From a plasmid: DNA of 64,000 bases. Of the stretch, positions 9,308 through 18,871 are shown piece by piece; position 1 is the stretch's first letter; every line of letters starts with the position of its first letter. The stretch lies in the sequence record NZ_CP044066.1; one strand, 5' to 3'. A program made the translations under genes and the position numbers. The notes beneath the pieces are model-generated. The model did no database searches. It had not been told where the DNA came from and saw only the letters and a list, made by a program, of their open reading frames with translations.

Positions 9308-10870
9308 TCAAGCAGCGATCGCCGCAGCAGGCGCCTGCAGTTCAGCCAGGCGCGCACGGGCATAGGCCAGCGTGCCGTCCTTGGCCCGCAGCGGCCGCGA
9401 CACGCGCCGCGACGGATCGTAGATCCCGTAGCGGGTGACGCTGCCCCGCTTCTGCTCGAGCAGCTGCGAAAAGCCCGCATCGATGCAGAAATCCACATAC
9501 TCGCGGCCGTTCATCGTCTGCCCGGTCTCGAGGCGGTACGTCGTCGCTTCCGCATCCCGCTTGGCATCTGCCATCGCACGATCCTCGCGCCGCTGTGCAT
9601 GGGCGATGGTGGCCTGCGCCTCCCATTCCGCCTGCTCGTCCTCGGAAAAGCCGCAGAGGTCGAACAGCCGTCGCCGGCGCTCGGCCGCAGTGCAATGCAT
9701 GACATCGATGCCCAGCTCGTCGCGCAATGCGCGCTTGGAGTCGGTGTTCGAGTCGCGCGGACCGTCGAAGATCTGCAGGATGGCTGCGATATCGCGCTGC
9801 ATGACGGCGAGCGAGACACGGTTCGGCCATTCGAATCCGTACTGCCCGCGGTACCTCTCCGCCGAATGAGTGCGGTACTCATACTCGCGCTGGCTGATCG
9901 TCCGTGCATTGCGCTCGGATTGTGCGGCATCCACATTCTCACGATAATGACGCTGCGAGATCTTCTCGTGAATTCTTGCAGCAAGCGGGGTAACCGGCTG
10001 TGCACTCCCTCGCGAGAGTTGTCGCGGCGCTGGCATTGTGCGGACAGACACAATGCCAGCGGCATAGAGGGCGTCATCGACGTCCACAAGACCCCCATCA
10101 CTGGGAACATGACGGAGCGACGCGAGCAGCTTACCGACGTTGTGGCAAGTGATCTCGATCTTCTCGTGTCGCATGACGCTGCACAGCGCCTGCAGCACGC
10201 TCTTCGACAAAGCGCCGCGTAGCGCAGGCACGTCGATCAGTGGGCGCAGCACCCACAGATCGTACTGCCCGTGGTGCAGATTCTCGCGATACGTGCTGAG
10301 GATACATTCGCGTACCTTGTCACCGCGCATGAGCGCGTAGGCGACGTGGACCTCATGCCGGCTGTTCGGACTCTGGCTCGGGTCATACAACGGACCATTC
10401 GTGCCAAAGCCGAAGCGACGCATAAACTCGGTGTGGACGTAGTTTCCGACATCGAAGGCACCCTGCTCTTCGAAGAGATCCGCAGTCTGGAAGAGCGGAC
10501 CTGCATCGTCCTGCGTCATATCAAGGGCAGCCTCCGGCGAGTAGGCAAGAGCGCCCGCCGCAACGACGGCGCCCCAGGAGGCGCGGCTCATCTCGTACGG
10601 CTGCAGAACCCTGCCATTCGGCCGGACAATAAATCGATCCACTTCATCGATGACGGCGCTGATGATGCTGCGCCGGGTGCCCGTGGGTCTGACAGCAAAA
10701 CTGCCGGACCGGAGACGCACGATAGCAACCGCGCCACGTTCGATATGCCGTACGGTGATGTCCTCGAGCCGTGGCGCTGCTCGTTCGTTACGGTCCTCGT
10801 TCAGGTACTCGAGCACGCCGGCGAGCGTCGTGCGGTGTTCGGCGCGCTGGCCGATGTAAATAACGTACAT
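9308..10870 (-). CDS. hypothetical protein (~520 aa)
   Basis: Start MYVIYIGQRAEH at the ATG at 10870, preceded by an SD-sequestering hairpin (GCTCC gtctct GGAGC). The longer N-terminal extension overlaps the previous gene in a low-complexity frame. Confidence 0.55.
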   Translation of the reverse strand: MYVIYIGQRAEHRTTLAGVLEYLNEDRNERAAPRLEDITVRHIERGAVAIVRLRSGSFAVRPTGTRRSIISAVIDEVDRFIVRPNGRVLQPYEMSRASWGAVVAAGALAYSPEAALDMTQDDAGPLFQTADLFEEQGAFDVGNYVHTEFMRRFGFGTNGPLYDPSQSPNSRHEVHVAYALMRGDKVRECILSTYRENLHHGQYDLWVLRPLIDVPALRGALSKSVLQALCSVMRHEKIEITCHNVGKLLASLRHVPSDGGLVDVDDALYAAGIVSVRTMPAPRQLSRGSAQPVTPLAARIHEKISQRHYRENVDAAQSERNARTISQREYEYRTHSAERYRGQYGFEWPNRVSLAVMQRDIAAILQIFDGPRDSNTDSKRALRDELGIDVMHCTAAERRRRLFDLCGFSEDEQAEWEAQATIAHAQRREDRAMADAKRDAEATTYRLETGQTMNGREYVDFCIDAGFSQLLEQKRGSVTRYGIYDPSRRVSRPLRAKDGTLAYARARLAELQAPAAAIAA

Positions 10871-10937
10871 GGTGGCTCCAGAGACGGAGCACGCCCATCC
10901 GGGGACGTGCCCCGATTGGGTTGGAAGGAATGGTGAC

Positions 10938-11333
10938 TCAGGCGGCGACTGCGGTGCGACGCTTCGAGTTGCCGCGACTGGCGACAATGCGCGCTGCCGC
11001 GATCTGCGAGAGCAGCTCGGCATCGGCGATGCGCCAGATTTCGCCACGGCCGTGACCGATCTGGTTCCAGCGGCCTGTCTGCACAAACTTGCCGGTCGCG
11101 AGCAGTGCCCCCTTGAGGTCAGCCGGGAGATTCCAGTCCGCAGCGACAAGGATCTCGTCGTCCGCGAGTTCGGTCTGAGGCAGGTTCACTGTCAGCGCGC
11201 CGTAGGGCATGCCGTCATCTGCGCAGACGAGCGAGATGGCGGCGCGCAGGTTGGTCGAATACACGGATGCGCGCAGCAGGACACCGGCGGGATAGCTGGC
11301 CAGGCCAGCGGCATAAACGGTGGTGGCGTCCAT
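10938..11333 (-). CDS. hypothetical protein (131 aa)
   Basis: ORF with high GC3. The leader carries GACUCC ccaccaa AGGAGU (SD-occluding hairpin) and a CCC..ACGGG / CCCGU..GGG hairpin. Confidence 0.5.
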   Translation of the reverse strand: MDATTVYAAGLASYPAGVLLRASVYSTNLRAAISLVCADDGMPYGALTVNLPQTELADDEILVAADWNLPADLKGALLATGKFVQTGRWNQIGHGRGEIWRIADAELLSQIAAARIVASRGNSKRRTAVAA

Positions 11334-11390
11334 CGGGATACTCCTTTGGTGGGGAGTCGCCCCGACGGGACGACGCCCGTATGGGTGGGG

Positions 11391-11420
11391 AAAAGAAAAA
11401 ACGCACCCCGAGGGGTGCGC
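11391..11420 (-). terminator. Rho-independent terminator
   Basis: Minus orientation: GCGCACCCCUCGGGGUGCGU followed by UUUUUCUUUU. Confidence 0.55.
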
Positions 11421-11463
11421 TTAAGCGGTGAGCCGACGAATCGGCTCCTGAGAATGGATTGGC

Positions 11464-11565
11464 GTCAGTCCTTGTGAACGCGACGGCCGTTGCGGTCTGC
11501 CCACAGCAAGAACGCCGAAATTCCGACCGATAAGACCAGAACTACGATACCCATCATGTCAATCT
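11464..11565 (-). CDS. possible small membrane protein (33 aa, MMGIVVLVLSVGISAFLLWADRNGRRVHKD)
   Basis: Short hydrophobic ORF immediately after the stop of the 156-aa gene. Not verified. Confidence 0.25.
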
Positions 11566-12029
11566 CCTTTGGCTAGGACTGCTCCTGCCATGAATAATAC
11601 AACACCACCGGCCAACATGCTGAACGCCTGCAACGCGGAATAAAGCGACCAAGCCGAAACCGAGTTGACATAGCCGGCGAGCCCGATCAGTGCGGCCGCT
11701 GAGAGTGTATGGGCGAAGCGCCCATACTGCTGGCGCTGGTCCTTATGGGGCGCCGTGATCGCACGCCATGCAAGGCTCAGGAGCCCAGGGCGCAAACGGG
11801 AACTTCCGTCCAGCCGGTACTGACTGCCCGACACATGCAACAGCGGATACAGGTATCCGTTGTCATGGGCCACGACCTCGAACCCCTCTCCCGCAGATTT
11901 GGCACGGTCGATGGACGCCGAGATGCGTGTCGGCAATGTCACGAGGCCATTGGGACGATCGATCTTTGCCTTCCCAGACACCTCTTCCCCCGACGTGGCG
12001 AGAAAGGTCACCTTGATTAGCGTGGACAT
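11559..12029 (-). CDS. hypothetical protein with C-terminal TM helices (156 aa)
   Basis: SD AGGGGGA before the ATG. High GC3. Confidence 0.5.
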   Translation of the reverse strand: MSTLIKVTFLATSGEEVSGKAKIDRPNGLVTLPTRISASIDRAKSAGEGFEVVAHDNGYLYPLLHVSGSQYRLDGSSRLRPGLLSLAWRAITAPHKDQRQQYGRFAHTLSAAALIGLAGYVNSVSAWSLYSALQAFSMLAGGVVLFMAGAVLAKGD

Positions 12030-12038
12030 AGATTCCCC

Positions 12039-12422
12039 CTAACCACGACGCCCGGCTACCACGCGTAGCGTGGCAACGAGATCGGCATAGCCTTGGGCGC
12101 TGGCCAACGACTCCATGGTGACCGCATTGTCACGGCCACCCGTAAGGTCATCACGGCCGCGGCACGTGCGGTAGGACATGCGCACTCCACCCTCCGCACC
12201 GGCAGGGTGGTGAATCTCGACCAGCAAGGAATCGGTGTGCAAGGCGAACACGTTCACCTTACGACGACGCTGGCGGTGCTCACGAATCGTGAAATCGCGT
12301 GGTCGCAGTGCCATATCACCAGCAAAACGGCGCAACACGCGGCAGGCATCCTGACGGACAGCCTCGCATGCGGCAGGATGGGTCGGCGGATGCCGACGGG
12401 TAAAGGATTTGGGGAGTTTCAT
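12039..12422 (-). CDS. hypothetical protein (127 aa)
   Basis: ORF preceded by the full three-part leader (M1, GC hairpin, SD hairpin GGUGUCC..GGACACC). Confidence 0.45.
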   Translation of the reverse strand: MKLPKSFTRRHPPTHPAACEAVRQDACRVLRRFAGDMALRPRDFTIREHRQRRRKVNVFALHTDSLLVEIHHPAGAEGGVRMSYRTCRGRDDLTGGRDNAVTMESLASAQGYADLVATLRVVAGRRG

Positions 12423-12505
12423 GGGTGTCCAAGGTAAGAACGGGACACCCCCTCCCTGCGGGACGAGTGTGTCCCAGCTGGGTTGGTCCGGGCAGTGCCG
12501 GACAG

Positions 12506-12529
12506 GGTCGATGCGTCATTGACGCGGGT
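12506..12529 (-). repeat. M1 motif copy 4 (GGTCGATGCGTCattGACGCGGGT)
   Basis: About 90 nt upstream of the 12422 start. Confidence 0.6.
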
Positions 12530-12645
12530 GAAAACGGCTTGCCGAAGCCGCAGGGCTTGGGCAAGCCCTCTCGGGCTTGCGATGGGTTGGCCCGCGCGGC
12601 AAGCCGCGCGGGAGACAAAGATATGGAGCCCCGACGGGAGCCCGC

Positions 12646-13119
12646 TTAACGCGTCAGGCGATAACCGTTGCCGGACGACACCAGGTAAAGCTGCTGCCCG
12701 GTGGCGAATTGCTGATCGGCATCCTGCGTGACCACGATCTGTGTGCCATTTTCCTTGCGGACAATGACTTCCACGCCAGCACGACGGTTGAGCTGCGACG
12801 CGACGCCCTGTGCCAGCACTGCCGAGACAGTGCCGGACATGGCGCCTGCAACATAGCGACCGATTCCGCCGCCAATCACACGCGCGCCGAGCAAGCCGCC
12901 GACGAGCGCGCCAACAACGCCAGGAATGCCGCTGTTGGCCGACGAATAGCCGTCACTGTCGATGATCGTCACCTGACGGAGACGAACGACGGTCACGACT
13001 TCCGCGGAGCCCGTGCGCAGCGCTTCCGAACTGCGGTAGCTGTTCGGAGACGTCTGCTGAGCAGCGCAGCCGGTGAAGACAATCGAAGCAAGGAAAAGCG
13101 AAATGACGCGCTTGAGCAT
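12646..13119 (-). CDS. SlyB/Pcp-like glycine-zipper outer-membrane lipoprotein
   Basis: Lipoprotein signal (LASIVFTGC) and a glycine-zipper segment GVVGALVGGLLGARVIGGGIGRYVAGAMSG. Confidence 0.6.
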   Translation of the reverse strand: MLKRVISLFLASIVFTGCAAQQTSPNSYRSSEALRTGSAEVVTVVRLRQVTIIDSDGYSSANSGIPGVVGALVGGLLGARVIGGGIGRYVAGAMSGTVSAVLAQGVASQLNRRAGVEVIVRKENGTQIVVTQDADQQFATGQQLYLVSSGNGYRLTR

Positions 13120-13209
13120 GATGGCCTCTGAAAAAATGGGCCAACATGCCTACGGGCAGGATGGCCCGTAGGTGGGAGAAAAACAAATGTCCGGCTATAC
13201 AACCGGAAA

Positions 13210-13233
13210 GGTCGATGCGTCTGAGACGCGGGT
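13210..13233 (-). repeat. M1 motif copy 5 (GGTCGATGCGTCtgaGACGCGGGT)
   Basis: About 95 nt upstream of the 13119 start. Confidence 0.6.
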
Positions 13234-13387
13234 GATGAAGTAATGGTAGCAGGCTTACCCCGCGTTCAGCAATTGCTGATCGCAGCTATCGTTTTGACAC
13301 CTTCCGCGAGATGGCTTATTCGAAGACCGGATCCACCTCCGTGGCATAGCCATCGCAGAAGAACGGACCTTTCAATGGCTTCAGCCG

Positions 13388-13726
13388 TCAGGACAGCAGC
13401 TTAAGGACTACCGAGCGGGTCGTCACCTTGATGCGGATCTTCTTGACGGCCGGCTTAGCGAGTGCTTCTCGCAGGTCGGCGACTTCCATGTCTATCCCGA
13501 CATCGTCGCCGCCAAAAATCAGGAGAGTGTTCTCGTAGTAGTCCTCGTCCTTAGACGGATCGCAGCCTTTAAAGTAGAAAATGCATTGCTTGTCCGGGGT
13601 GAACCCAGTCATATAGCCGACGAAAGCGCCGCGGTCTCTGGCAACGTAGTACCTCTCAGATCCGGCGGCTTCGCAGAATGCGACCAGGGATTCGACTTGG
13701 GAACGGGAAAGGGTGATTTGCGCCAT
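13388..13726 (-). CDS. hypothetical protein (112 aa)
   Basis: ORF whose leader hairpin GUGCUCC gccaauccucu GGAGCAC occludes the SD. Confidence 0.5.
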   Translation of the reverse strand: MAQITLSRSQVESLVAFCEAAGSERYYVARDRGAFVGYMTGFTPDKQCIFYFKGCDPSKDEDYYENTLLIFGGDDVGIDMEVADLREALAKPAVKKIRIKVTTRSVVLKLLS

Positions 13727-13804
13727 GGATAAGTGCTCCAGAGGATTGGCGGAGCACTCCCCTACGGGAGACGCCCCGCACGGGTTAGAAAGGGTTGGTT
13801 GGGT

Positions 13805-14515
13805 TCAGATTCCGGCGACTTCGCGTGCCAGTTGGTCGAGCATGGCTTCGACAATGCGCTCGCGTCGATGCTGCAACGCCAGCGCATTAAAGGTCGCATC
13901 GGAACTCAGGTGCGCAAGCGCATCCACGATGCCGACCCTGCTCTCCACCACTACGGCGACGCGGACGACATTCGGGCCGACTGGCGTCTTGCTTGCGATA
14001 CACAGGAGTGCCTCGAAGCGCGAGAGATCCAGCGCGTGCTGAAGCTCCATACGTTGTTCGACGTAACCGGCAATCAGGAAGGAGCAGAAAGCGGACTGGC
14101 CAACGTACGCGTCGGCGGCCAGCGACTGAATCCACTCCAGCACGGCGGGCCGCACGTTCACAAATAGCGGCTCGCCAGAGGGCACTCGGTCAACTTCCGA
14201 CAGCTTCCAACCCCAGTCCGGGCCGATGGTATAGAACTCCATCATCTTGCCATCGATGACCTGAGGCGAGACGTCAAACCACGTCACGCGCCCATCCTCG
14301 ACCAGCGCGAACGCGTTCCGGCTCTTGTCGAAGCTCAGGCTGCGTATGTATTGGCACAACTGCAGGCCTTCGTGCCGCGTGAACAAAGGCGCTCGGAGTG
14401 GTTGCCAAGGCTTCCCGTTCGAGAATGCGATAGCGACCACGGGCATCCGCTGGCACGTCACAAAGATGCGACGTAGGGCCAGAGGCGATTGAGATTCAGC
14501 AACAGAGATACTCAT
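13805..14515 (-). CDS. hypothetical protein (~236 aa)
   Basis: Start MSISVAESQ. Leader hairpin GUGCUCC acuuuuuuu GGAGCAC. Confidence 0.5.
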   Translation of the reverse strand: MSISVAESQSPLALRRIFVTCQRMPVVAIAFSNGKPWQPLRAPLFTRHEGLQLCQYIRSLSFDKSRNAFALVEDGRVTWFDVSPQVIDGKMMEFYTIGPDWGWKLSEVDRVPSGEPLFVNVRPAVLEWIQSLAADAYVGQSAFCSFLIAGYVEQRMELQHALDLSRFEALLCIASKTPVGPNVVRVAVVVESRVGIVDALAHLSSDATFNALALQHRRERIVEAMLDQLAREVAGI

Positions 14516-14597
14516 GAATGTGCTCCAAAAAAAGTGGAGCACTCCGCCAGGGCAGGTGCCCCAACGGGTTGAGAAAGATGTGTGGCCATGGCCACGA

Positions 14598-14622
14598 AGT
14601 CGATGCGCCTATGGCGCGAGGT
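14598..14622 (-). repeat. M1 motif copy 6 (variant AGTCGATGCGCCtatGGCGCGAGGT)
   Basis: The palindrome arms are changed in a compensatory way (GCGCC/GGCGC). Confidence 0.5.
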
Positions 14623-14651
14623 GTGGCGGCATCTTAGCAGCCAGGTACGCG

Positions 14652-14690
14652 CGATTGCAACGGTGCCACATAAGAAAAAGGCCACTCTCG
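14652..14690 (-). terminator. Rho-independent terminator after the PRTRC operon
   Basis: Minus orientation: GCCACUCUCGACUCACGUCGAGAGUGGC followed by CUUUUU. Confidence 0.5.
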
Positions 14691-14711
14691 ACGTGAGTCG
14701 AGAGTGGCTGT

Positions 14712-15506
14712 TCAAACGGTCTGGCGCGACTTGCGCTTCTTCGGGGCGTTCAGCGTGTAGCCAAAGCGTTCCCATGCTGCAGGATCGACGGGCAGAGGAC
14801 TTGTCCTGCCCGTTGCGAGGTTCACGAAGGCGCCGCAAAACTGCAGCGTGCCTGTACGGAACAACGTCCACAGCAGGTTGTAGGCCTGCACCGCGATCGC
14901 CATGTTGATAACGAGCGACTGCTTCTGCAATGCCTCCGCCATCGAGCAGGACGGCGCGGCGTCCGCCTTGTCCCCTTTCGGGTCCAGCAGCTGCGGATAC
15001 AGATCGCCAACGTGCGGCAGACGCTCCGTTGCCTTGCCGCGGACTTGGCCGAGAATTACCTGACCGTCGTCCGCGTTGTTGCCGCAGTCGAGGTAGTAGC
15101 CACCGGTGCCGCGCTGCATGGCGTCCACGATCGCCTTGCGGGCGGCGCGGCTATCGACACAGCCAATGACCATGTCACACGCAAGGCGGTCAGCAGAGCC
15201 GATCCGCTGGACATGCGCTTCCCAGCGCGTACCCATCAGGTTGTTGAGCCGGTTCACGATCAGCGGCGCCTTGTGCTGGCCGACGTCGACCGGATAAAAG
15301 CCCTGCCGGCCGACGTTGGTCTCGCTGACCGTATCGTCATCGTAGACCGTACAGTCAATGCCACCGGGGTGTCCGAGTTCGAGCATCGCATGATGCAAGC
15401 GCGCGAGATTCGGCAACAGCGCACTGCCAGTACCGCCGGCACCGACTACCACGACACGCCAGGCCCGTCTCAGCATATGCTCAGGAATGCGATGAACATA
15501 CGTCAT
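14712..15506 (-). CDS. PRTRC system ThiF-family (E1-like) protein
   Basis: Rossmann motif VVVVGAGGTGSALL. Last gene of the PRTRC cassette, with its start overlapping the stop of protein A. Confidence 0.7.
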   Translation of the reverse strand: MTYVHRIPEHMLRRAWRVVVVGAGGTGSALLPNLARLHHAMLELGHPGGIDCTVYDDDTVSETNVGRQGFYPVDVGQHKAPLIVNRLNNLMGTRWEAHVQRIGSADRLACDMVIGCVDSRAARKAIVDAMQRGTGGYYLDCGNNADDGQVILGQVRGKATERLPHVGDLYPQLLDPKGDKADAAPSCSMAEALQKQSLVINMAIAVQAYNLLWTLFRTGTLQFCGAFVNLATGRTSPLPVDPAAWERFGYTLNAPKKRKSRQTV

Positions 15507-16144
15507 ACCGCAACCTCCGCCCGTGCAGCCGCGTACCACTCAAACGGGACCTTCTCGACGTTCTCGAAGATCCCCTTGGCGCACAGCCTCAGCGCCAGCG
15601 ATGGCACCACGGCGTTGCAGCTACCCATGACGAACGCGAACTTCACGTCGTGGCGGTCGTCCGTATCATCGGTAGACGAGAAGAATGCCGGATGGCCACC
15701 ATGAGAGTGGCAGTCCACCACCAGCACTTCGTCATCCGCCAGCGTGGGGCGTTCGTACTTCAGATGGCCCATCCCCTGATCCAGCACTCGCACGGGCATC
15801 AACCGAAACGCATGCGTGCGACAGTTCCAGACCACGAAAGCGCCCGTCTCGTTGGGATACGCAGCGCGCGCCATCACCGCGAACTCACCAATGACGTCTG
15901 GCGGGACACAACCGCAGAGCAACTCCGTCACCTCCACCGCCTCACCGTACGGAATGGCGGTGCGATGCTCGAACTTACCAAGGAGACGGACGACGCGAAT
16001 CCATGGCCGCACGATCTCAAGAAACACCCCATTGGCAGCGATGAGCAGTCGCTCACCGGAGCCACCCATGGGAGCAACCTCGCCGAAGCGCGGCACCATC
16101 ACGGAGGGAAACGATTGCTGCAATGCCATATCGGCAGGATGCAT
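15503..16144 (-). CDS. PRTRC system protein A (JAB/MPN-like)
   Basis: JAMM-like motif HSHGGHPAFFSSTDDTDD, in PRTRC gene order. Confidence 0.6.
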   Translation of the reverse strand: MHPADMALQQSFPSVMVPRFGEVAPMGGSGERLLIAANGVFLEIVRPWIRVVRLLGKFEHRTAIPYGEAVEVTELLCGCVPPDVIGEFAVMARAAYPNETGAFVVWNCRTHAFRLMPVRVLDQGMGHLKYERPTLADDEVLVVDCHSHGGHPAFFSSTDDTDDRHDVKFAFVMGSCNAVVPSLALRLCAKGIFENVEKVPFEWYAAARAEVAV

Positions 16145-16146
16145 GA

Positions 16147-16866
16147 TTAATTCTCCAGTTTGCCGGCGATCAGATCGGCCAGCTTCCATTTCATAGGGAC
16201 GAGAACCTGCTTCGGAAAGTCAGCGAACTGACCATCGAGCATGTCCTTCCAGAAAGCAAAAGCACCGCGCTCGTACTCGACGCGCCTGGTGCCGTGATTC
16301 GGATGAGTGAAGGCGGAGTTAAAGAAGCCCTCCTCCCAGCCGGCGATTGAGGCGACGTCGATCTGCTTCGGTACGTGTGCGGTGCCGATGCAGATCCGCC
16401 CGCGGTCCCACGTGTTGAAGTACGGCGGCTCGAACAGCGCGCTGCCCGGCACCGGACGTTCTTCGTCCTGCAGCGCGAAAACGCTGAAGCCGGCATGAGA
16501 CGCCTGAAACACCAACGCGGGATGCGGCACGATCGCGTTGCGCTGCCCCAGCTCTTTGCAATCGAAGAACACGCGGCGCTTCGCTGCCGGACACCACCAC
16601 GTCACGGCCTCGGTGCTGACTGAAAGCACGTTCGGTGTCAGGAACTCGCCCTTGGGTAACGCATGCTCTGCAATTTCACGAACGGCGTGAAAAACAGCAT
16701 CGCGGTTGAGCGGAACGCCGGCGCCAAGAATCGGCTGCCCGGTAGGGGTGGTCTCGATGCGGTGCGCGGTACCGTAGGAAAACTCGCCGGGCCGTGAGCC
16801 ATAAAGCAAAATGGCCCCCTGAAGAGCCACGTCATGCGACCGCGATGCGGTCTGAAGTTCGGCCAT
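16147..16866 (-). CDS. PRTRC system protein B
   Basis: Position in the PRTRC cassette. 239-aa ORF with high GC3. Confidence 0.55.
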   Translation of the reverse strand: MAELQTASRSHDVALQGAILLYGSRPGEFSYGTAHRIETTPTGQPILGAGVPLNRDAVFHAVREIAEHALPKGEFLTPNVLSVSTEAVTWWCPAAKRRVFFDCKELGQRNAIVPHPALVFQASHAGFSVFALQDEERPVPGSALFEPPYFNTWDRGRICIGTAHVPKQIDVASIAGWEEGFFNSAFTHPNHGTRRVEYERGAFAFWKDMLDGQFADFPKQVLVPMKWKLADLIAGKLEN

Positions 16867-16878
16867 GTGGCCCTCCTT

Positions 16879-18012
16879 TCATAAGAGATGCTCGAGCATT
16901 CGATCCAGTGCAGCGATCAGCTCAAGGGTGTTTTCAAGAACTGCGTATTGCTTGCGAATTGCAGCAGGCTTGCTAGCCAGGGGAATGAAGCACTGGAAGT
17001 ACGTCGCAAAGCCACCCCCGCTTGCGCACTCGTAGTGGTCATCCAGCACTTCACCGACGTAGTCGCTATCCGCGTATGCGATCGTCGCCGCGGAATAGGC
17101 AGGCTCGGCCCATTGGGAGTTGGCCAGCAGCGAGCCCTTTCCCAGATGCTCCAGAGCGAGGTCGAGATCAGCAAGCGCGCCGCACAGCTTCCCGCGCCAG
17201 TCCTTCGGGCCGCGTCGTGCCAGCTCACGGAGCCGCCGCCGGCTCAACGCGGACAATTTCCTGTCCTTCTGCATCCAGGCATGTTTTGGCAGCGACTCGT
17301 CAGGCGCCAACTCCGGCCGAACCACCGACGGCAGGCAACGCTCGATATCCGAGTCGCCCTCCCCGAACCGCTCCGCAAGGCACTCACGCGCCGCGTTGTC
17401 GTCAGTGAGTGCCTCGAAGTCCCAATGCCAGCGCGCGAACATATCGAGCAGGTCGTCCGGTGTACGTACGTACAGCGATTTACCGGTCGCCGCACGAATG
17501 AGATGGAACAAGGTGTATATGAGGCAGGGATGCAGACTGCGCAATGCCTCGGCGCGTTCGGTCGTGAGCGTGTAGACGTTTTCTTCTTCGAGCCGTATGC
17601 CAAGGTAGAGCGCCGACTCCTCGCGCGGGTCCCAGCCGAACTCGGAGAGTTCATTTAGGACGCTGGCATGGTCAACCAGAACAAAGTCGAACTTCAGTGC
17701 TCGGGTCTTCGGCAGGCGCGGACCGAGCCATGCATTGAAGCCCTGCGCGAACGCGTCGCCAGCAGAATGCGGGGACACGACGGCCTCAGTGTCGAGCACC
17801 CCCGCGCGGAACTGCGCGATGACGAATTCCTTCAGATCGGCCTCGTCTCCGTAGTTCAGAAGACCGTGTGCGGGTACGACTGGCGGCAGCGCCGGCAGCG
17901 TCAGAAAATCATGGGCAGGTCGATGTCTGGCAACGGGATGTTGTCGCGCAAACGACCATCCGGGTTGCCCTCCATCGAGCGCTGGAACAGACGACCGAGG
18001 ATCGAACAGCAT
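16879..18012 (-). CDS. PRTRC system protein F
   Basis: Position and size (377 aa). SD GAGGAG before the ATG. Confidence 0.55.
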   Translation of the reverse strand: MLFDPRSSVPALDGGQPGWSFARQHPVARHRPAHDFLTLPALPPVVPAHGLLNYGDEADLKEFVIAQFRAGVLDTEAVVSPHSAGDAFAQGFNAWLGPRLPKTRALKFDFVLVDHASVLNELSEFGWDPREESALYLGIRLEEENVYTLTTERAEALRSLHPCLIYTLFHLIRAATGKSLYVRTPDDLLDMFARWHWDFEALTDDNAARECLAERFGEGDSDIERCLPSVVRPELAPDESLPKHAWMQKDRKLSALSRRRLRELARRGPKDWRGKLCGALADLDLALEHLGKGSLLANSQWAEPAYSAATIAYADSDYVGEVLDDHYECASGGGFATYFQCFIPLASKPAAIRKQYAVLENTLELIAALDRMLEHLL

Positions 18013-18032
18013 TGTTGAGTCTCCTCAGAATG

Positions 18033-18058
18033 AAAAAAAACCGCCCTTCCGGGCGGCT
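18033..18058 (-). terminator. intra-operon Rho-independent terminator between PRTRC-C and -F
   Basis: Minus orientation: GCCGCCCGGAAGGGCGG followed by UUUUUUUU. Confidence 0.5.
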
Positions 18059-18097
18059 CAGTGGTTGTGGGGAACTGGCCAGCGGCCAGTGCCTTCA

Positions 18098-18325
18098 TCA
18101 GGTCAGCTTTGCGCATGCCGCGCCCTTGGCGCCGGCGGCGCGCACGAACGTGTAACGGGCAATCCCGTCCTTCACCTCCGGGCCGTCCACCGCAGCGGTG
18201 GTCAACTCGGGGTACTGGGCGGAATAAACGTCGCGCACCTGGTCCGGAGTGAACTGCGGACCCACGTCGACAAACGTCATGCCGTTGTAGGAGAACTGAC
18301 GGATCAGCTTGATGACTTCGAGTGC
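18098..18325 (-). CDS. PRTRC system protein C (small ubiquitin-like / ThiS-MoaD-like)
   Basis: 75-aa protein MALEVIKLIRQFSYNGMTFVDVG. Sits in the long ORF 18098..18619 but starts at an internal Met. Confidence 0.6.
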   Translation of the reverse strand, partial: ALEVIKLIRQFSYNGMTFVDVGPQFTPDQVRDVYSAQYPELTTAAVDGPEVKDGIARYTFVRAAGAKGAACAKLT

Positions 18326-18338
18326 CATGACAGTCTCC

Positions 18339-18794
18339 TTACAGCAGCGATGAGAGGTCGGTGCCCGAAGACACCGGCGTGGTGGTCGGCGCAGCTTCCG
18401 ATCCGGCCTGTGCTTCACCCGTTGCCGGGGTAGCACCTTCCGTATCGTCGTCCGCGTCATCGTCATCGTTCGGCTTCGACGGCGTGGCCGCTTTCGCCAG
18501 CGCCTTCGTTGCCTTCGACGACTGGGTGGTCTTGGCCGCGTCGAGGATCGACTTCGTTGCTTCAACCTGCTCGGCAAGCGAGCGGTGCGAAGCAGTGACG
18601 CCCGCAACCGCAGCCGCAAACTCGCCGTCCAACTCCACGGGTGTCGCCGACAGCGAAAGAGGAGTGGTCAACGCAGCATCCGCAGCGCTCTTGATGACCG
18701 GAAGCACAACGACGGACATGCTGTCGCCCTGCATCGTGAGCGTAATGACCACCTTGTCGCTCGCGCGTACGAGCGGTACCAATTCAGTGAACAT
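18339..18794 (-). CDS. PRTRC system protein E
   Basis: Position in the cassette. Acidic, Ala/Thr-rich C-terminus. Confidence 0.55.
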   Translation of the reverse strand: MFTELVPLVRASDKVVITLTMQGDSMSVVVLPVIKSAADAALTTPLSLSATPVELDGEFAAAVAGVTASHRSLAEQVEATKSILDAAKTTQSSKATKALAKAATPSKPNDDDDADDDTEGATPATGEAQAGSEAAPTTTPVSSGTDLSSLL

Positions 18795-18823
18795 GGTGAA
18801 TCCTTTTGAGGGAATAGGAAGAC

Positions 18824-18849
18824 AGATGGGCGCCGGCGGCGCCCATCTG
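18824..18849 (-). promoter_or_regulatory. perfect 11-bp-stem hairpin between parB and PRTRC-E (possible attenuator/processing site)
   Basis: GATGGGCGCC ggc GGCGCCCATC, followed in the coding direction by UCCU..AGGA SD pairing. Confidence 0.4.
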
Positions 18850-18871
18850 CAGAGTGGAGAGTGAATCCCGG